NCBI RefSeq assembly: GCF_009914755.1 | Contig: NC_060926.1 | DNA length: 64,000 nt | From: the human T2T-CHM13v2.0 reference genome, Homo sapiens | Direction: 5' to 3' (one strand) | Part shown: positions 30,501 through 55,842 of the stretch, piece by piece | Position numbering within the stretch: position 1 is the first letter of the stretch | Layout: each line of letters starts with the position of its first letter | Notes under the pieces: model-generated | Seen by the model: only the letters and a program-made list of their open reading frames with translations | What the model was told of the DNA's origin: nothing | The model's database searches: none | Made by a program: the position numbers and the translations under genes

Positions 30501-31299
30501 AAAGAAAGGCAGGATTATGAAGATATCTTTGGTTGGAGGTGGGGATAGATGTTTAAGATGGAGAGTAATGAAGTAGCATTGAAAAATAGAGGAGGAAACT
30601 TTTAGGTGAGTTTAAAAGAACATTTTACCTTTAATGATTTTTAAAAGGCTAAGCACAGAAACCCAAGAATTCAAAGAAAAGTGGCAATGAGTCCCACAGC
30701 ACCGAGGCTGGAGAAGCATAAGGGGGAGGCAGGGCCCTGGGTGGTCTCAGGAGACAGCAGTGAGGCCAATAGAGGTCATCTGTGGGGTCCTGGCATCCCC
30801 TGGGAGGGCAACTGGCCCCAACATGTCCCCACAGCCTGATCTGTGTGTGTGCTCTTGCCCGGCATTCAGCCCACAGAGCTTCATGGAGCACTTACCATGG
30901 GCCAAGAGGCTCTTCCCGCTCAGCGGAGACCAAACTCCCTGTGGGACTGATCTACTGTGTTCTCTGGAGTAGAGAGGTGGCCTCTCTTCCAGCATCTCCC
31001 AGACTTGCCTGTGTGATGGCATCACTGAGGCACTTGCTGTAAACACGGGTTCCCAAGCCTGTTACCTGGAGGTTGTGATCTGGTTGGTCTGAGGTGGGGT
31101 CCAGGACCCCAGGCTCTTCTTTCAACCAGACTAGTTGAGGAAACAGTACTCTCATGCAAGGGGATGTTCTTTTGAAAAGAATAAACACATTACTGTAAAT
31201 GGTGAGATAATGTTTTGAAAATAATCCAAGATATTGTCAAAATATAATTTCCTGTTGGGAAAAAGGAAAAGGGGGAGGGACCCTGACAGTGAGCCTGGC

Positions 31300-31465
31300 A
31301 GTAAAGTTGCTGGATAGAAACACAGGATGCCCAGGTAAATGTGAATCTCAGATACACAATGAATGTTTTAGTATAAGTATTTCCTAACTATTGCACGAGA
31401 TGTACTTATAATAAATTTCTTGTTTATTTGAAATTCAGACATGGCTGGATACTCTGTATTTGCTA
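31300..31465. mobile_element. MER53 palindromic MITE
   Basis: acaggatgcccaggtaaatgtgaatctcagata..tagtataagtat.. mirrored by tacttata..tttatttgaaattcag..ctgtattt. Confidence 0.75.
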
Positions 31466-31532
31466 GATGGGGCTGCCTCTCCAGAAAGGGCGGAAAAGGC
31501 TTTGGAAATTTGCTCCAGCTGTCTGTGAGTGG

Positions 31533-32548
31533 TGAAGGGCCACAGGGAACTTCACCTGAAATATGGCTCCCTGGTATGGTATTTTGAATTAAAGGCCCTT
31601 AGGGATCAGCAGATGGTAGAAGACACTTTTTCCCTACCTACATGAAGACGGGTCAGACCTGCCAAGGAGAAAAATTGTTCCCCAAGTACCTCTGGCCCCG
31701 TCCCTTTGTTTTCATTAACTGAACTCATAGTAAGGCGTGATGGCTCACATCTGTAATCTTAACTGTTTGGGAGGTCGAGGCAGGAAGACTGCTTGAGGCC
31801 AGGATTTCCAGACCAACCCGGGCAACATGGCAGCTCCCATCTCTATTATTTACTTATATGTATCAAAAAACCCAACCCATATCACAGGAAGGAAGACTGA
31901 AGACTGTTAACAAGCCTGGACATTTTGTCACAAAGCACTGTCCGCTCCCTGGCCCTGACTTTGTCACAGACCATTGTATGTTCTTCAAGCCCACTGAATT
32001 CCCTTAAAAATCATTTACCACCCCCGCTCAATCATCCACACTTCCCCATCTCCCTTTTCCCTAAGAAGGAGGGTGTATACTTTTCCTTTATTTGGAGACG
32101 GAGTCTTGCTCTGTTGCCCAGGCTGGAGTGCAGTGGCGTGATGTCGGCTCACTGCAACCTCTGCCTCCTGAGTTCAAGAAATTCTCCTGCCTCACCCTCC
32201 CAAGTAGCTACGATTACAGGTGCCTGCCACCAGGCCCAGCTAATTTTTGTATTTTTAGTGGAGACAGGGTTTCACCATATTGGCCAGGCTGGTCTCGAAC
32301 TCCTGACCTCAGGTGGTCCGCCTGCCTCGGCCTCCCAAAGTGCTCGGATTATAAGCATGAGCCACTGTGCCCAGCCTAGAAGTAGGGTATATAAGAATCT
32401 GTACACACTAGGATGTCAGGCTGTCACTGTGATTCTGCGGTGTGCACGGTGGTGATACATTTGCATGCCTTTTCTCTTATTAATCTGCCTTTTTGTGAGT
32501 TGATCCAGTGAACCTTCTGGGGGTGAAGAGGAAGTTTCCCAGCTGCAA
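31533..32548 (+). mobile_element. MER34/MER39-like ERV1 LTR carrying an Alu monomer (31734-31850) and a minus-strand AluS (32085-32376)
   Basis: cacctgaaatatggctccctggtat..ttttgaattaaaggccctta start; ttaatctgccttttgtgagttg..agtgaaccttc end; Alu TSD agaag.agggt.tata. Confidence 0.65.
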
Positions 32549-33021
32549 TGGCCATGGGCAGGGGGTCTTAAGTAGACTCTCAGGAGGCCAGACACAGAGT
32601 AAATACGACTTCCAATACATGGGCCAGTCACTTCCCATGTTCATGTTGGCTGGGGGCCTGGGCTTCTCTGGTCAGTGACCATGCGCCTGGCCGGCCGTAC
32701 TGCTCCACCGAGCGCTGGACTCATAGTCTCCACTAAGCACACTCTCTGTCTGGCTGACCTTGCAGGACCCTTTGCCCAAATCACTTCCAGGAACCTCCTG
32801 CCCAGGCCCGGCACTCTCCACCCGACCTTTTGTGACTCCTCAGGGCACTGTTGCTTGGGGGTCCCTTTTTGACAATTCACTGTGTCTTTACTGGTATTGT
32901 GTGCCAACAGTTATTCATCATTTTCACTCTGAGTGGAGACTATTTCATATTTTTCTTTCATCTGGTTTAAAGTTTAATAATGCTTTTAGTTTCCCCCAAA
33001 TATTATTAGAAGCAAAACCCT

Positions 33022-34254
<1,233 letters not shown>

Positions 34255-34570
34255 CCTCTTTCTTTTTTAATAGCTGCATACTGTTCCATTGTGCAGATGT
34301 GCACATGATCATTTAGCCAGGCCACCATTGATGAACATGTGGAACAAACAATGTCACAATGAATACGCTCATGAGTACATAGGTTCGCACTTACACCAGT
34401 ATATCTAGGATAATTACTGAAGAATAGAATCCCTGAATCTAAGGGTACGTATGTATATTTCAAATTTTGGCCAATATTGTCAAATTGCCTTTGTAGAGGT
34501 TGTACCAGTTTACATACTCACAAGCAACATATGAAGTGTCATGCTTGTCACACCCTCAGAAACCTAGCGT
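34255..34570 (-). mobile_element. Old L1 fragment
   Basis: aatagctgcatactgttccattgtg..ccaccattgatgaacat..ttgtaccagtttacatactcacaagcaa. Confidence 0.75.
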
Positions 34571-35287
34571 GTGTTTTGATCTTGACGCAAAAGCTGTTTT
34601 CTGAACACTCATCCTGTGCACAGCATTCTGCTGGGTGCTGCAAGCATGTGGAAGGCTGTGATAGGAGCAGCCCTTGCCCCCTGCACGGCCTGGTGGACCT
34701 CCCCTGCTGGGCAGAGCAGCCCCATGAGATCAACAGCAATGTTCAAGTCAGTGAGGTTCACAGAGGGCATGTGGATTGGGGTTGCTGGTTTGCTGTGGTT
34801 CTGGTTCTGGTTTATTTTAAATGGCTGTCAGTTTGTGGGAAGGGTTATATGAAGGTCACAAAACAAAGGAGGAAATGGTTCAGATTCAGAGGGCAAGGGA
34901 GGGACAAGGACAGAGTGAGGACGAATGGTTTCTGGAGTCATCAGCTGCTGGAGAGTTGGGAAGAGCATGGAACAAAAGGAGGAGAGAGAGTTTTGGGTAA
35001 AACCCCCCCAAAAAACAAAATCTAAACCACGAAGGAAGATATATGGGTGTTTAAAAATGCCTGGAAAATTTCACAGAACAGTTATTTTTAGAGGGGCTTG
35101 TAGTTAATTTCATAAATTTTAGAATTTCCTTGTCTCCCAGACTCTGGTTTTCATATCTCAATACCTTTTTATTTTTAGTTTTTAGGTGGTTTCGCCATTT
35201 TGCTCAATCACATTGGTATCTTGGGGAGCACTGGCAGTGCTGTGGGGAGCTGGGAGAAGGGTGGGGAGGGCCCTGGGTTTGTGTTGA

Positions 35288-38289
<3,002 letters not shown>

Positions 38290-39160
38290 TGACATTTTCT
38301 AGGAACCTGTTACCTCTGCCTGAAAATCTGGTAGGCAGTTAGGAACAGCCCTGGGAGCTGCAGACAGGCTTTTGGAAAGACCCACAACAGCATGCCTGGG
38401 CAGCAGAGAGAGCTTGCCAAATAGGTGCACATAGGTTGGGGGACATGTGACATTCCATAGGCCTCCTAGATGGACCTTTGCAGCCTGAATTCTAACACCT
38501 TTTTTCAAATCCATTGAGGACAAATAACAGGGTTGAATGTACATTTAAACTGGGCAGCTTTATCCTATGCTAGCATCTGGGGTCAGCAGGCATAGAAGAG
38601 CAGAGAGGTCAGCAGGCAACAATTCCTGGTAAGATTTGCAAGGAGCTGTAGCATATTTTCAGTACCTGCTTCTCATTAGCAATGACAAAATCCAGCCAGG
38701 CCTTCAACTGAGATTTTTTTCCCGCTACATTCTGGTTCAGCAAACTCTAAAATCCCTTCTGCCAAACGCTCTCTTCCTTCCTTCCCCCCTCATCTCTGCT
38801 CAATTTCTAAAAGCATAGTCAAGCACTTAAAGGGAAATTTCATCCATATGGGTTGGATTATCTACACTTAACTCATAAATACTGCTCTTTTGTTAAGAGT
38901 TATTCCATTGCCAAGTGTCTCTGAACAACAAAATGTTTTTCCAAAAAAAAGTGATAACTGAACTCCAAAAATTAGTATCTGTGTTCACTCTCTCTCCTTA
39001 CCTAAATTGTATTCGATTTAACCAGCATTTATGAAATTTCCTGAGCTGGATTATGTACCTATTGGGGGTATGCACGTACGGCACAAAGATCAAAGCTCTT
39101 TGGTGCTTGTTCTCTAGGAGTTATTGGTCCAGTGAGGGAAACAGCTACCCACCATGGTAC

Positions 39161-39631
39161 TGTGAACCCTGAATGTATCTGAGACAGGTCTCAGCCAATT
39201 TAGGAAGTTTATTTTGCCAAAGTTAAGGATGCATGCCAGTGACACAGCCTCACGAGGTCCTGCTATGTGCCCAAGGTGGTCAGAGCACAGCTTGGTTTTA
39301 TACATTTTAGGGAGACGGGAGACATCAATTAACATATGTAAGATGAACGTTGGTTCGGTCTGGAAAAGCGGGACAACTCGAAGCAAAGGCGGGACAACTC
39401 AAAGTTGTGGGAGCACTTCCAGGTCATAGGTAGATGAGAGACAAATGGTTGCATTCTTTTGAGTTTCTGATTAGCCTTTCCAAAGAAGGCAATCAGATAT
39501 GCCTTTATCTCAGTGAGCAGAGGGATGACTTTGAATAGAATGGAAGGCAGGTTTGCCCTAAGCAGTTCCTAGCTTGACTTTCCCATTTAGCTTAGTGATT
39601 TAGGGGCCTCAAGATTTATTTTCCTTTCACA
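39161..39631 (-). mobile_element. MER4A-family ERV1 solo LTR
   Basis: Minus strand starts tgtgaaaggaaaataaatct..aaaatcactaagc; TG..CA ends; TSD gtac/gtag. Confidence 0.85.
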
Positions 39632-40836
39632 GTAGCCTTATTAATTACGTTCTTAGCATGCTCCTGGCACGTGTGACAAAGGAAGCCACCCAGGGGCAGA
39701 GGAATCCCAGAGTCCCTTGAGAATGAGCAAGTTGTTTAAGGCAGCACAGCCAGTGAGGGACGAGCCAGGCCGGCCTTCCAGACGTTCACCATCAGTAAGC
39801 TCCTGAGAAACACCTTGGGTATGGAAGGGGAATGCGGGGCAGGGCTGGGGGTGGGGTGTGTTGGGGGGTAGAATTCTGCTAAGCCTAGGCCTACCCCTTC
39901 CTGACTTTGTTTTTTCCCTTTGCCCCACCTTCTTCCTTCATGTACACTCAGTAACTAGGGAGTTCTGGACATTGACCTTGTGATTATCTCTTCTCAGCCT
40001 AGTCCTGGCTTTGTTTTGTGTTTCTCATGTCATTGATGGGGCACCTCCTAGATCAGGGACAGCCAGTTCTGCAGGTTTGACAATGTTCAACCATAAACAC
40101 CAGAGCAATCAGCTCTGTCCTGCTGCAAGGCAGGTTCTTTACAAATGACAGAGCAAAGACCTTGGATCTCTCCTGGCACTGCAGAACTTGAGGCTAAAAA
40201 TACGTAGGAATGATGGGAAGTGTTTACAATAGCCCTTGCCAGAAGCCTAGCAAGTGTGTTTAAAGAAAAATGGAAAAGTGCACTGATGTTCAAGTAACGC
40301 AACCAGGCCCCATCAGCTGTGGATTATTGGGAGAGAAATTTCTCTTAGATGACAGGTTTTTAGTGGATACCACATTAGCAATAGTGGTCTCGGTCTAAAC
40401 GTGGGGACATGTGGACAGAGCAACCCAGAGCCACAGGTCGGTGATCAATCAGTGCTGCCAGGCATAAGGCTGGGTTGGACCGGGGCCTGGTGGGGCTGGT
40501 CTCTGAGCTCACTCAGGCCTGTTTCTAGGGCTCTGTTCTGAGCTGGATCCAAGCAGGAACTCCCAGGACTACCCTGCACTTGGCTAGGGCAGCTTAGCTT
40601 CAGGGGCCAGGCTAGGTCTAGAATGAATTTCCGAGAGTTCTGCCAGCCTCCAAAAAGGGGACTTGGGGGTACCTCAGGTGATCTCCTGGGTTGCAAGCTC
40701 TGGTTCCTTCTGCCCCCAGAAGGGGTAAGGAGGGGATAGGGAGGGACAAGCAACCAGAACACAAATCTATAGAGTAAAACAGAGCCTCTGTGGGGGCCCT
40801 GGACACATGCAGCCCTGTTTCCACCTCCAACTTTAG

Positions 40837-41158
<322 letters not shown>

Positions 41159-41882
41159 CATGATCAGTTTTCAATTTCTGCCTATCAAACCCAAATCCAT
41201 CCCTTGCACATTTTAGGTTTTTGTGTTCTGAATCAGGAGTGGATAAAATGTGGCAGCAGAAAAAAGCCAGACACGAAAGGCCACATGGTACGTGATTCTA
41301 TTTAGGGGAACTGTCCCTGATAGGCAAACACATAAAACAGAAGGCAGAGAGGGGGCTGCCTCAGGCTGGGGGCGGTGGGGAGGGCGCTGGGGTTACAGCA
41401 GAGGGGTGGCACATCTCCTTGGGGTAATAAAGTGTTCTAAAGTGGTTACGGTGGTGGCAGATGCACAACTCTGAGAACAGACTCTAAACCACTGAGTTGT
41501 TTACCTTAGGGGGTGGTTTTTATAGTATGCAAATTATATCTCAATAAAAATCAAATGTGAGAGCAGAACTGAGAGAAACAAAATCCAAGCTGAGAGGCCG
41601 TCTGCTTCTCTCCTTGTTAAGAAGGTCCTTGGGTTTTTGTTTGGTTTTGGCTCAGCTGGAGGCCGAGGCCGTGTGGGAGAAAGCGAGGAAGCCTGTGGGA
41701 GGGAGGCCCACTTCCCCACTGCGGCCCGGTGCCATTTCTCCTTTCCCTAAGTCAATCATTTGGTTTCCCAAGAAGCAGCTAAGTGGCTGCCTGCATAAAT
41801 TCACCTCTGAAATTGCAGAGGGAAGGGCCCACATGCGCCTCGTTCCTCATCTTTTAACCGTCACTCATTCAACTTGTATTTC

Positions 41883-43095
<1,213 letters not shown>

Positions 43096-43117
43096 TGTGT
43101 GTGCATGTGTGTGTCTA

Positions 43118-43861
<744 letters not shown>

Positions 43862-43880
43862 TATGTATATATCCATAGGG

Positions 43881-43881
<1 letters not shown>

Positions 43882-43917
<36 letters not shown>
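43882..43917 (+). repeat. (TG)n microsatellite, about 17-18 units
   Basis: Direct read. Confidence 0.95.
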
Positions 43918-47850
<3,933 letters not shown>

Positions 47851-48394
47851 ATTAATTAGCTGGGCGTGGTGGCACGCACTTGTAGTCCCAGCTACTTGGG
47901 AGGCTGAGGCTGAGGCTGGAGAATCTCTTGAACCCGGGAGGCAGAGGTTGCAGTGAGCCAAGATTGCGCCAGCCTGGGCAACACAGTGAGACTCCGTCTC
48001 AAAAAGAAAGAAAGAGCATTGTACTTTGTTTGGCAAGCAGTTAAATTCCCTGCAGATATTTTTGTGGGTTGGTTGGAGAGGTTTGTTTGAGTGGGTGTAA
48101 GGCGGCCTTTGTTCTAGAGCCACTTTAACCCCAGTTGTAAGGTGTGCCTCTTCTGAGGACTCTGTCCCAGGTTGTGAAGCCTGCTTACCTGCCTATGTGG
48201 GTTCTGGCAGTCTTGTCACCTACTGCTCTCTGGCGATTCTTTCTCATGCCTGTGGAATGTCATTCCATGCATGCACTAGTCAGTTCTCAAAGGATCAAGG
48301 GCACGCCTCTGCAGAGCTCCAAACGCCCTTTCTTTGCGCATTTTCTTTAGTACTCTGCTCTGTGTATTCTAGTTGTCTTGGCCTCTTCATTCTA

Positions 48395-48841
48395 CAGTTG
48401 ACTCGTGAACAATGCGGGGGCTAGGGGGACTGACCCCCACCCGCCTCCCTGTGCAGTCAAAAATCCACATATAACTTTTGATTTCCTCCAAACTTAACTA
48501 GTGTAGCCTGTTATTGACCAAAAGCCTTACCAATGACCAGAACAGTCAGTTAATGCATATTTGGTGTGTCATATGTGTTTTATACTGTAGTCTCACAATA
48601 GAGTAAGCTAGAGAAAAGAGTGTTCTAAGAAAATCATAAGGAAGAGAAAATATATTTATTATTTATTAAGCGGAAGCAGATCATCATAAAGGTCTTCATC
48701 CTCATTATCTTCACATTACATAGGCTGAGAAGGAGGAGGAGGAGGGGTTGGTTGCGTTGTCTCAAGGGTGGCAGAGGCCGAAGAAAATCCTTGTATATGT
48801 GGCATGCACAGCTCAAACCCATATTGTTCAGGGGTCAACTG
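48395..48841 (+). mobile_element. Tigger2a/MER28-like DNA transposon
   Basis: TIRs cagttgac..tgaacaa and ttgttca..gtcaactg; aaaatccacatataacttttga. Confidence 0.8.
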
Positions 48842-49309
48842 TTAGCTGTGCAGTGATTTTCTCTCAGCTTCTCGGCTCAGTGAGACCTCGGTTGGGGACC
48901 AGCGGAGGGGAGGGCTCTTCAGCTTCTCGCCCTGTGCTGCAGCCCAGACTTCGCCTCCAGGAAGTAAGCCAAGGCAATCATAGGGCTTATCTGGTTTGTT
49001 TCTCTTCTCTCAGGATTTGCTTCCTTTGCTTCCTTGCACTGCCTGTTGCTCAGTCTCTGAAAATAGCACTCATTTATTTTGTTTAAGTTTTTATGGCAGG
49101 AAGATAGTTCCTGTAGCAGATTATCTTCCATGGGTGGAGGCTGACATTCTGGATAATTTTTTAATTGTTACTTTGATATTGTTCTCCCCATTTAAAAAGT
49201 TCTTGCCAAAAAGAAATCTTAAGTCCATTTATAGTTAAGTAGTGTGTAGTGTCCGGAATGTTTTCAAATACATTCAAGGTCAGAGTAAAAACATTAATGA
49301 TCATACTTG

Positions 49310-49771
49310 TGTGGACCCAGAAAATCTGAGACAGGTCTCAGTTAATTTAGAAAGTTTTATTTTGCCAAGGTCGAGAATGTGCGCCTGTGATACAGCCTCA
49401 GGAAGTCCTGATGACGTACCTAAGGTGGTTGGGGCACAGCTTGATTTTATACATTTTAGGGAGATGTGAGACATCGATATATATAAGAAGTAGATTGGTT
49501 CGGTCTGGAAATGTGGACAACTGCAAGCGAAGGCAGGAGGACTGGAAGGAAGCGGGGAGGGCGCTTCCAGGTCACAGATAGACAAAACAGTTGCATTCTT
49601 TTGAGTGTCTGATTAGCCTTTCCAAAGGAGGCAATCAGATATGCATTTATATCAGTGAGCAGAGGGATAACTTTGAATAGAACGGGAGGCAGGTTTTCCC
49701 TAAGCAGTCCTCAGCTTGAATTTTCCTTTTAGCTTAGTGATTTTGGGGGTCCAAGATATTTTCCTTTCACA
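49310..49771 (-). mobile_element. MER4A-family solo LTR
   Basis: Homologous to 39161-39631; TG..CA; TSD cttg/tttg. Confidence 0.85.
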
Positions 49772-50345
49772 TTTGCAAACAAATGTGAATACTTGGCAGT
49801 CTTATGGGAGATGCTGGTAAACCTTGTGGAGCTCGTGCAAACACAAAACTTCTAATGAAGACATGGCAAGCAGAGAAGATAAGGAAAGACTCAACAGATC
49901 CGAGGAGTCAATGTCATTAGAGGGCTGATGTGGTGACTTCTCCCCCGAAGGACATGGCCTAGCAACAGGTGGGAAGGTGATGTGGGAGGAAAGCGGGGAG
50001 TTTAGGGAAAGGCAAGGGCAAAAGAGCGTTTGTGAATGACACAAACTTTAGAAACTACAAAGGAGGGAGGTTCAGCCTCACAGCCTCTTGTGGCTGAGGG
50101 AAAGCAGTGGAGCTGAAGGTGCAGGAGACGCGTTCACAGGAGATGGGCTCCAGGCTCAGCCTTGCCACTTGCTTTACAGAAGGAGAGACTGGGAAGATCT
50201 GTCCCCTTGTGCAGAGGCAGCATGCAAGCACACGAGCCCAAACCCCATGAGGAGCTCCTGCTGCAACTGGGGGCAGTTTCTTCATAAAAGGCAAGTCGGA
50301 AAAAAACACATTATTTTCTCTCATAGGGATTTTCCCTTCGAACCT

Positions 50346-50913
50346 TGTTAACCCAGAATATCTAAGACAGGTCTCAGTCAATTTAGAAAGTTTATTTTGC
50401 CAGGGTTGGGGACGTGCCTGTGATATGGCCTCAGGATGTGCCCAAGGTGGTCGGGGGTACAGTTTGCTTTTATACGTTTTAGAGATACATGAGACATCAA
50501 TCAGTATGTGTAAGCTGTACAGTGGTTTGGCCTGGTAAGTCAGGAAGTGGGGGGCCTCCAGGTCAGAAGTAGACAAGAGACAAAAGGTTGCATTCCTTTG
50601 AGTCCTTGATCAGCCTTCCACTGAATACGCAATTTAGTCTGGCTCATTGAATCTGCATTTTTACATAAACAATAGGGCAGAAGAAGCAATCAGATACGCA
50701 TGTGTCTCGGGTGAGCCTTAAAGGGATGACTTCTAGAGTTCTGTCCGCTCTTTGTCCACAAGGAATTTCCTGTGGGCAAATTGTGAGGGAGGTATCTTTG
50801 TAGCTATCTTACTCAGGAATAAAACGGAGGCAGGTTTTCCTGACATAGTTCCCAGCTTGACTTTTCTCTTGGCTTAGTGACTTTGGGGTCCTGAGATTTA
50901 TTTTCCTTTCACA
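50346..50913 (-). mobile_element. MER4A-family solo LTR, longer variant
   Basis: TG..CA termini, perfect TSD acct (50342-50345 and 50914-50917). Confidence 0.85.
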
Positions 50914-52483
50914 ACCTTTACTTGAGTAAAAGTTTCTCCTTTAGGAACCACAAAGGCCAGTCAGTCCCTGAGCTTCTGATTCTTTTGTCTCCTTAGTGAC
51001 TATACCTGTGTGCTGTTTCACCACACACCTTTGAATCCCTTTAAATTCTGCTGAGGTACAGTAAACAATCACCTACCTACATGGTTTGACCTGAGGGATC
51101 CCCAGAAGAGTGGTCTTCTGAAATACTGCTGCCATGTGTTTGCCTCAATGCCAGGAGTCCCTCTGTGTGGTGCCTCCAGGCAGTGGCATGGGATGTGGCA
51201 AGCTGGCCACCCAGCAGCCCCACGTGAGTGTGACTTGGTGTGTTAGCTTCCAGTCCTCATGACAGTGACAGAGACCAGGCCATGGAGGAATGGGAAAAGA
51301 GTGGAACTTGGGATGTGGAAAGCCCTCTAGAGAGAACAAACTTGGAGGGTTAAAAAACCCCAGTGGTAGAGGGCATTAAAGCAGGAGATCAGAAAGAGGA
51401 GATGAAGAGACTACAAAACCAAACTCTGCCCATACCATTGCTTGTGTCAGGTTGGGATCAGTGGCTCATGCTTAGTCACTGCTTTGCATTCGTACATCTT
51501 CTGTCCAACCTATGTTCCATGGCTGACCTGCCACCCACCACCTGAACTCTGGTCTGAAGGCGTCCTGCAGCAAGCCAGAGCGTGTTCCATGTCACCTGAT
51601 TGTGCAGACATGGTCTGGGCACCACCCTGTCTACCTTCTGTACTCCACAAAGGGATAACAAACCACCAACCACACAGTAAGACATACCCTTGTACTCAGA
51701 GAGAATTTATTTTGGAGCGTTCCTTCTATTCTGACCTTAGCTTTCTGTACTTCCTGTCCTCTGCAACATCGGAGGGTTTGTATTGATGGGAGTTTTGAAA
51801 GTGCTAGGCTGACGGTCACAGCCAGTTTATTTCCCCACATCTTTCCTTCTCACAGCCGCATTCTTTGGGTTCTGAATCAGTCTTTTTTTTTTTTTTAATT
51901 GCAACTACGTCATAGGTATATTGGTTTTTCCTGGAAACAGAGGTGGGGCTGCTTAGGTGATGATGACCTGTTCATTCCCAGACCTCAGCTCCGGTATGAG
52001 TATGTCTCACTGAATCCCAACCCACACCCTACATCCTAACCTCATAATAGCATGATAATTATATTACAAAAATAGCAAACAAGGACCATCAAATTTGGGG
52101 GTGGGGGCTAGGAGAGGAATGTTCAAAAAGATTTGTCATTCTGAGTTACAGGGTTTCCGAATTAACAAAAAATAACCACTTCAGAGCTAAAGTAATAGGA
52201 AAAATAAATACATATTAACCAAACAACATTAGCACTAATTAAGGTCCAAATGTTTAAAATAATTGGCTGGACAGGAAACTGCTGGGCTCCCAGGCATTTA
52301 CCAAGCACTGAGATTCGCCCGCTGTTGTTATTAATCACTGAGCTTTGAATTGCAAGCATTTTATATTGCATTCTGCCACTGAGCTGTGTTGTGCAACTCT
52401 AATCGAATAGCACTGTGTCTTTGGAGCCACATCTGTTGCCTAACATGGTATGTTCACATTCACTCAGACACTGCATAAATTAA

Positions 52484-53940
<1,457 letters not shown>

Positions 53941-54108
53941 TAAAGCAGGCATGTATAAAGAGCATCAAAGACTCAATAAGAGAAACAGCAGCAATTCAGT
54001 GTAAGTCAGAATCGTACAGGATGCTCAAACCCCTTTAGGAATTACAAAATGAAGCAATGAGAAATCACTTTTTGGCCAATGATATTGGCAAATTAAAAAC
54101 AAAATGGA

Positions 54109-54156
54109 GGCCATTGCACTCCAGCCTGGTCAACAGGGCAAGACTCCCTCTCAAAA

Positions 54157-54187
<31 letters not shown>

Positions 54188-54495
54188 AAATGGGGCCAGG
54201 TGCAGTGGCTCATGCCTGTAATCCCACCACTTTGGGAGGCTGAGGCGGGCGGATCCCCTGAGTTCGGGAGTTCTAGACCAGCCTGACCAATATGGAGAAA
54301 CCCCATCTCTACTAAAAATATAAAAATTAGCTCGGTGTGGTGGTGCATGTCTGTAATCCCAGCTACCCGGGAAGGCTGAGACAGTAGAATTGCTTGAACC
54401 CGGGAAGTGGAGATTTCAGTGAGCTGAGATCACACCATTGCACTCCAGCCTGGGCAACAAGAGCAAAACTCTGTCACACACACACAAAAAACAAA
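54109..54495 (+). mobile_element. Composite insertion: Alu 3' end + (TAAA)n + full AluSp-like element inside one TSD
   Basis: TSD aaaaacaaaatgga (54095-54108) and aaaaccaaagtgga (54496-54509), 12/14 match. Confidence 0.8.
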
Positions 54496-54904
54496 AAAAC
54501 CAAAGTGGAATATATGCAGCGAGGGTGGGTGGATAGGCAGGAAGATGCTTAGTTAGACGCAAATAGCATGGGGCTTCCTAGTGGCTTTCTTACCATCTTC
54601 AGGAGTGGCGTTAAAGCTTGCTCTGGCTCAGTCCCTGTGTGCATCCATGAGGTCATAGTTCCATGAGGTTCCATCCAGCTCAAGCTCTGTGGCCGGGCCT
54701 GAGCCCCAGGGCGTTGTGTGGAGCCACTCCAGAGCCAGGACTCAGGCAGAACCATCCCTGGGCCTCAGGCAGAGCCATTCTGGTTCAGTGCAGTGAACTC
54801 CAAAATACGAACTTGGGGGTGGGAGTTCAGGTCTCAGTCCCCAAGGAGCTCTTGGACTCTTACAAGAATGGAGCCACCGCCTCCACAGCTCTGCCAACCC
54901 AGGT

Positions 54905-55842
54905 TTTAGGAAATGGTTATCTAATGGACATCTCAAATCCAAACTTCTAAGGTGGAAATCTTGATCTCAGCCCCCCACAAAAAATAACAGTTTCCACCTG
55001 CACCTTTACCAGAGATGGGGCAGGTAAAGGTATCCCTAGTTGCTCCAGAGACAAACCAGTGACCAGAAGCTTGGTGTCATCTGGGTTCCTCTTTCTTAGA
55101 TTCATGCCCCACCTATTAGAATATTCTTCCAAATGCATTCAAAATCCAGCCTCTTCTCATGACCGACACCTGGTGGGAGCTGCTACCACCTCTCACCTGG
55201 GCTAGGCTGGGGCTTCCTGTCTGTTCTTCTGCCCCTGTCCCCAGTCTATTCTCAGAGCAGCAGACCAGGAGCTCCTTGTGTGATGTAAATTATGCTGTGC
55301 CACCCCCTGCTCACACCTGCATTGCTGCCCATTTCACGCAGATGCGGAGCCAAAGTCTTATCGGGAAAGAAGTAAAGAAAGGCCACGTGACTTCTCCAGT
55401 GTCACTTCCACTTCAGCCCACTGGCCCTGCCAGTCCTTGGAGAGGCCAGGCTCAGCCCTGCCCTAGGGCCTCTGCACTGGTCTTTCCCTCTGCCCAAGAT
55501 GCCCTTTGCTCAGAAGTCTATGTGGCTACGTCCTTACCTCCTTTAAGGCTTTGTTCAAGTCTTCCTACTGATGCCTGCCCTGACCACTGCCCTCCCCAAG
55601 GCCTCCAGTCCCCTGAAACCTGCTCTGCCCTCTCCCATGGCACCAATTCCCTCTGATAGCCCATATAATTCTGTTATTTATTATGGGCATTGTCTGTCCC
55701 CCACTTCTTTGACTTATGAAGACAAAGGTCATTCTTTTGTCCACTGAGGGGTTCTGAGCACTAGAAATGATGCTTGGTGCACAGTAGGCACTCAATAAGT
55801 ATTTGTCTGATAAGCGAATGAATGAATGAATGAGTGAATGAG
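54905..55842 (+). mobile_element. L2 3' portion
   Basis: tctaatggacatctcaaa..; cctctgcactggtctttccctctgcc; tgcttggtgcacagtaggcactcaataagtatttg..gaatgaatgaatga. Confidence 0.8.

Noticed and set aside
31300-31465. Hairpin-like sequence as a novel miRNA
   Set aside because: Explained by the palindromic MER53 MITE; arms are degenerate and there is no expression evidence.
49310-50913. Two nearby same-strand MER4A LTRs as the ends of one deleted provirus
   Set aside because: Each has its own TSD and they differ in length, so they are independent solo LTRs.
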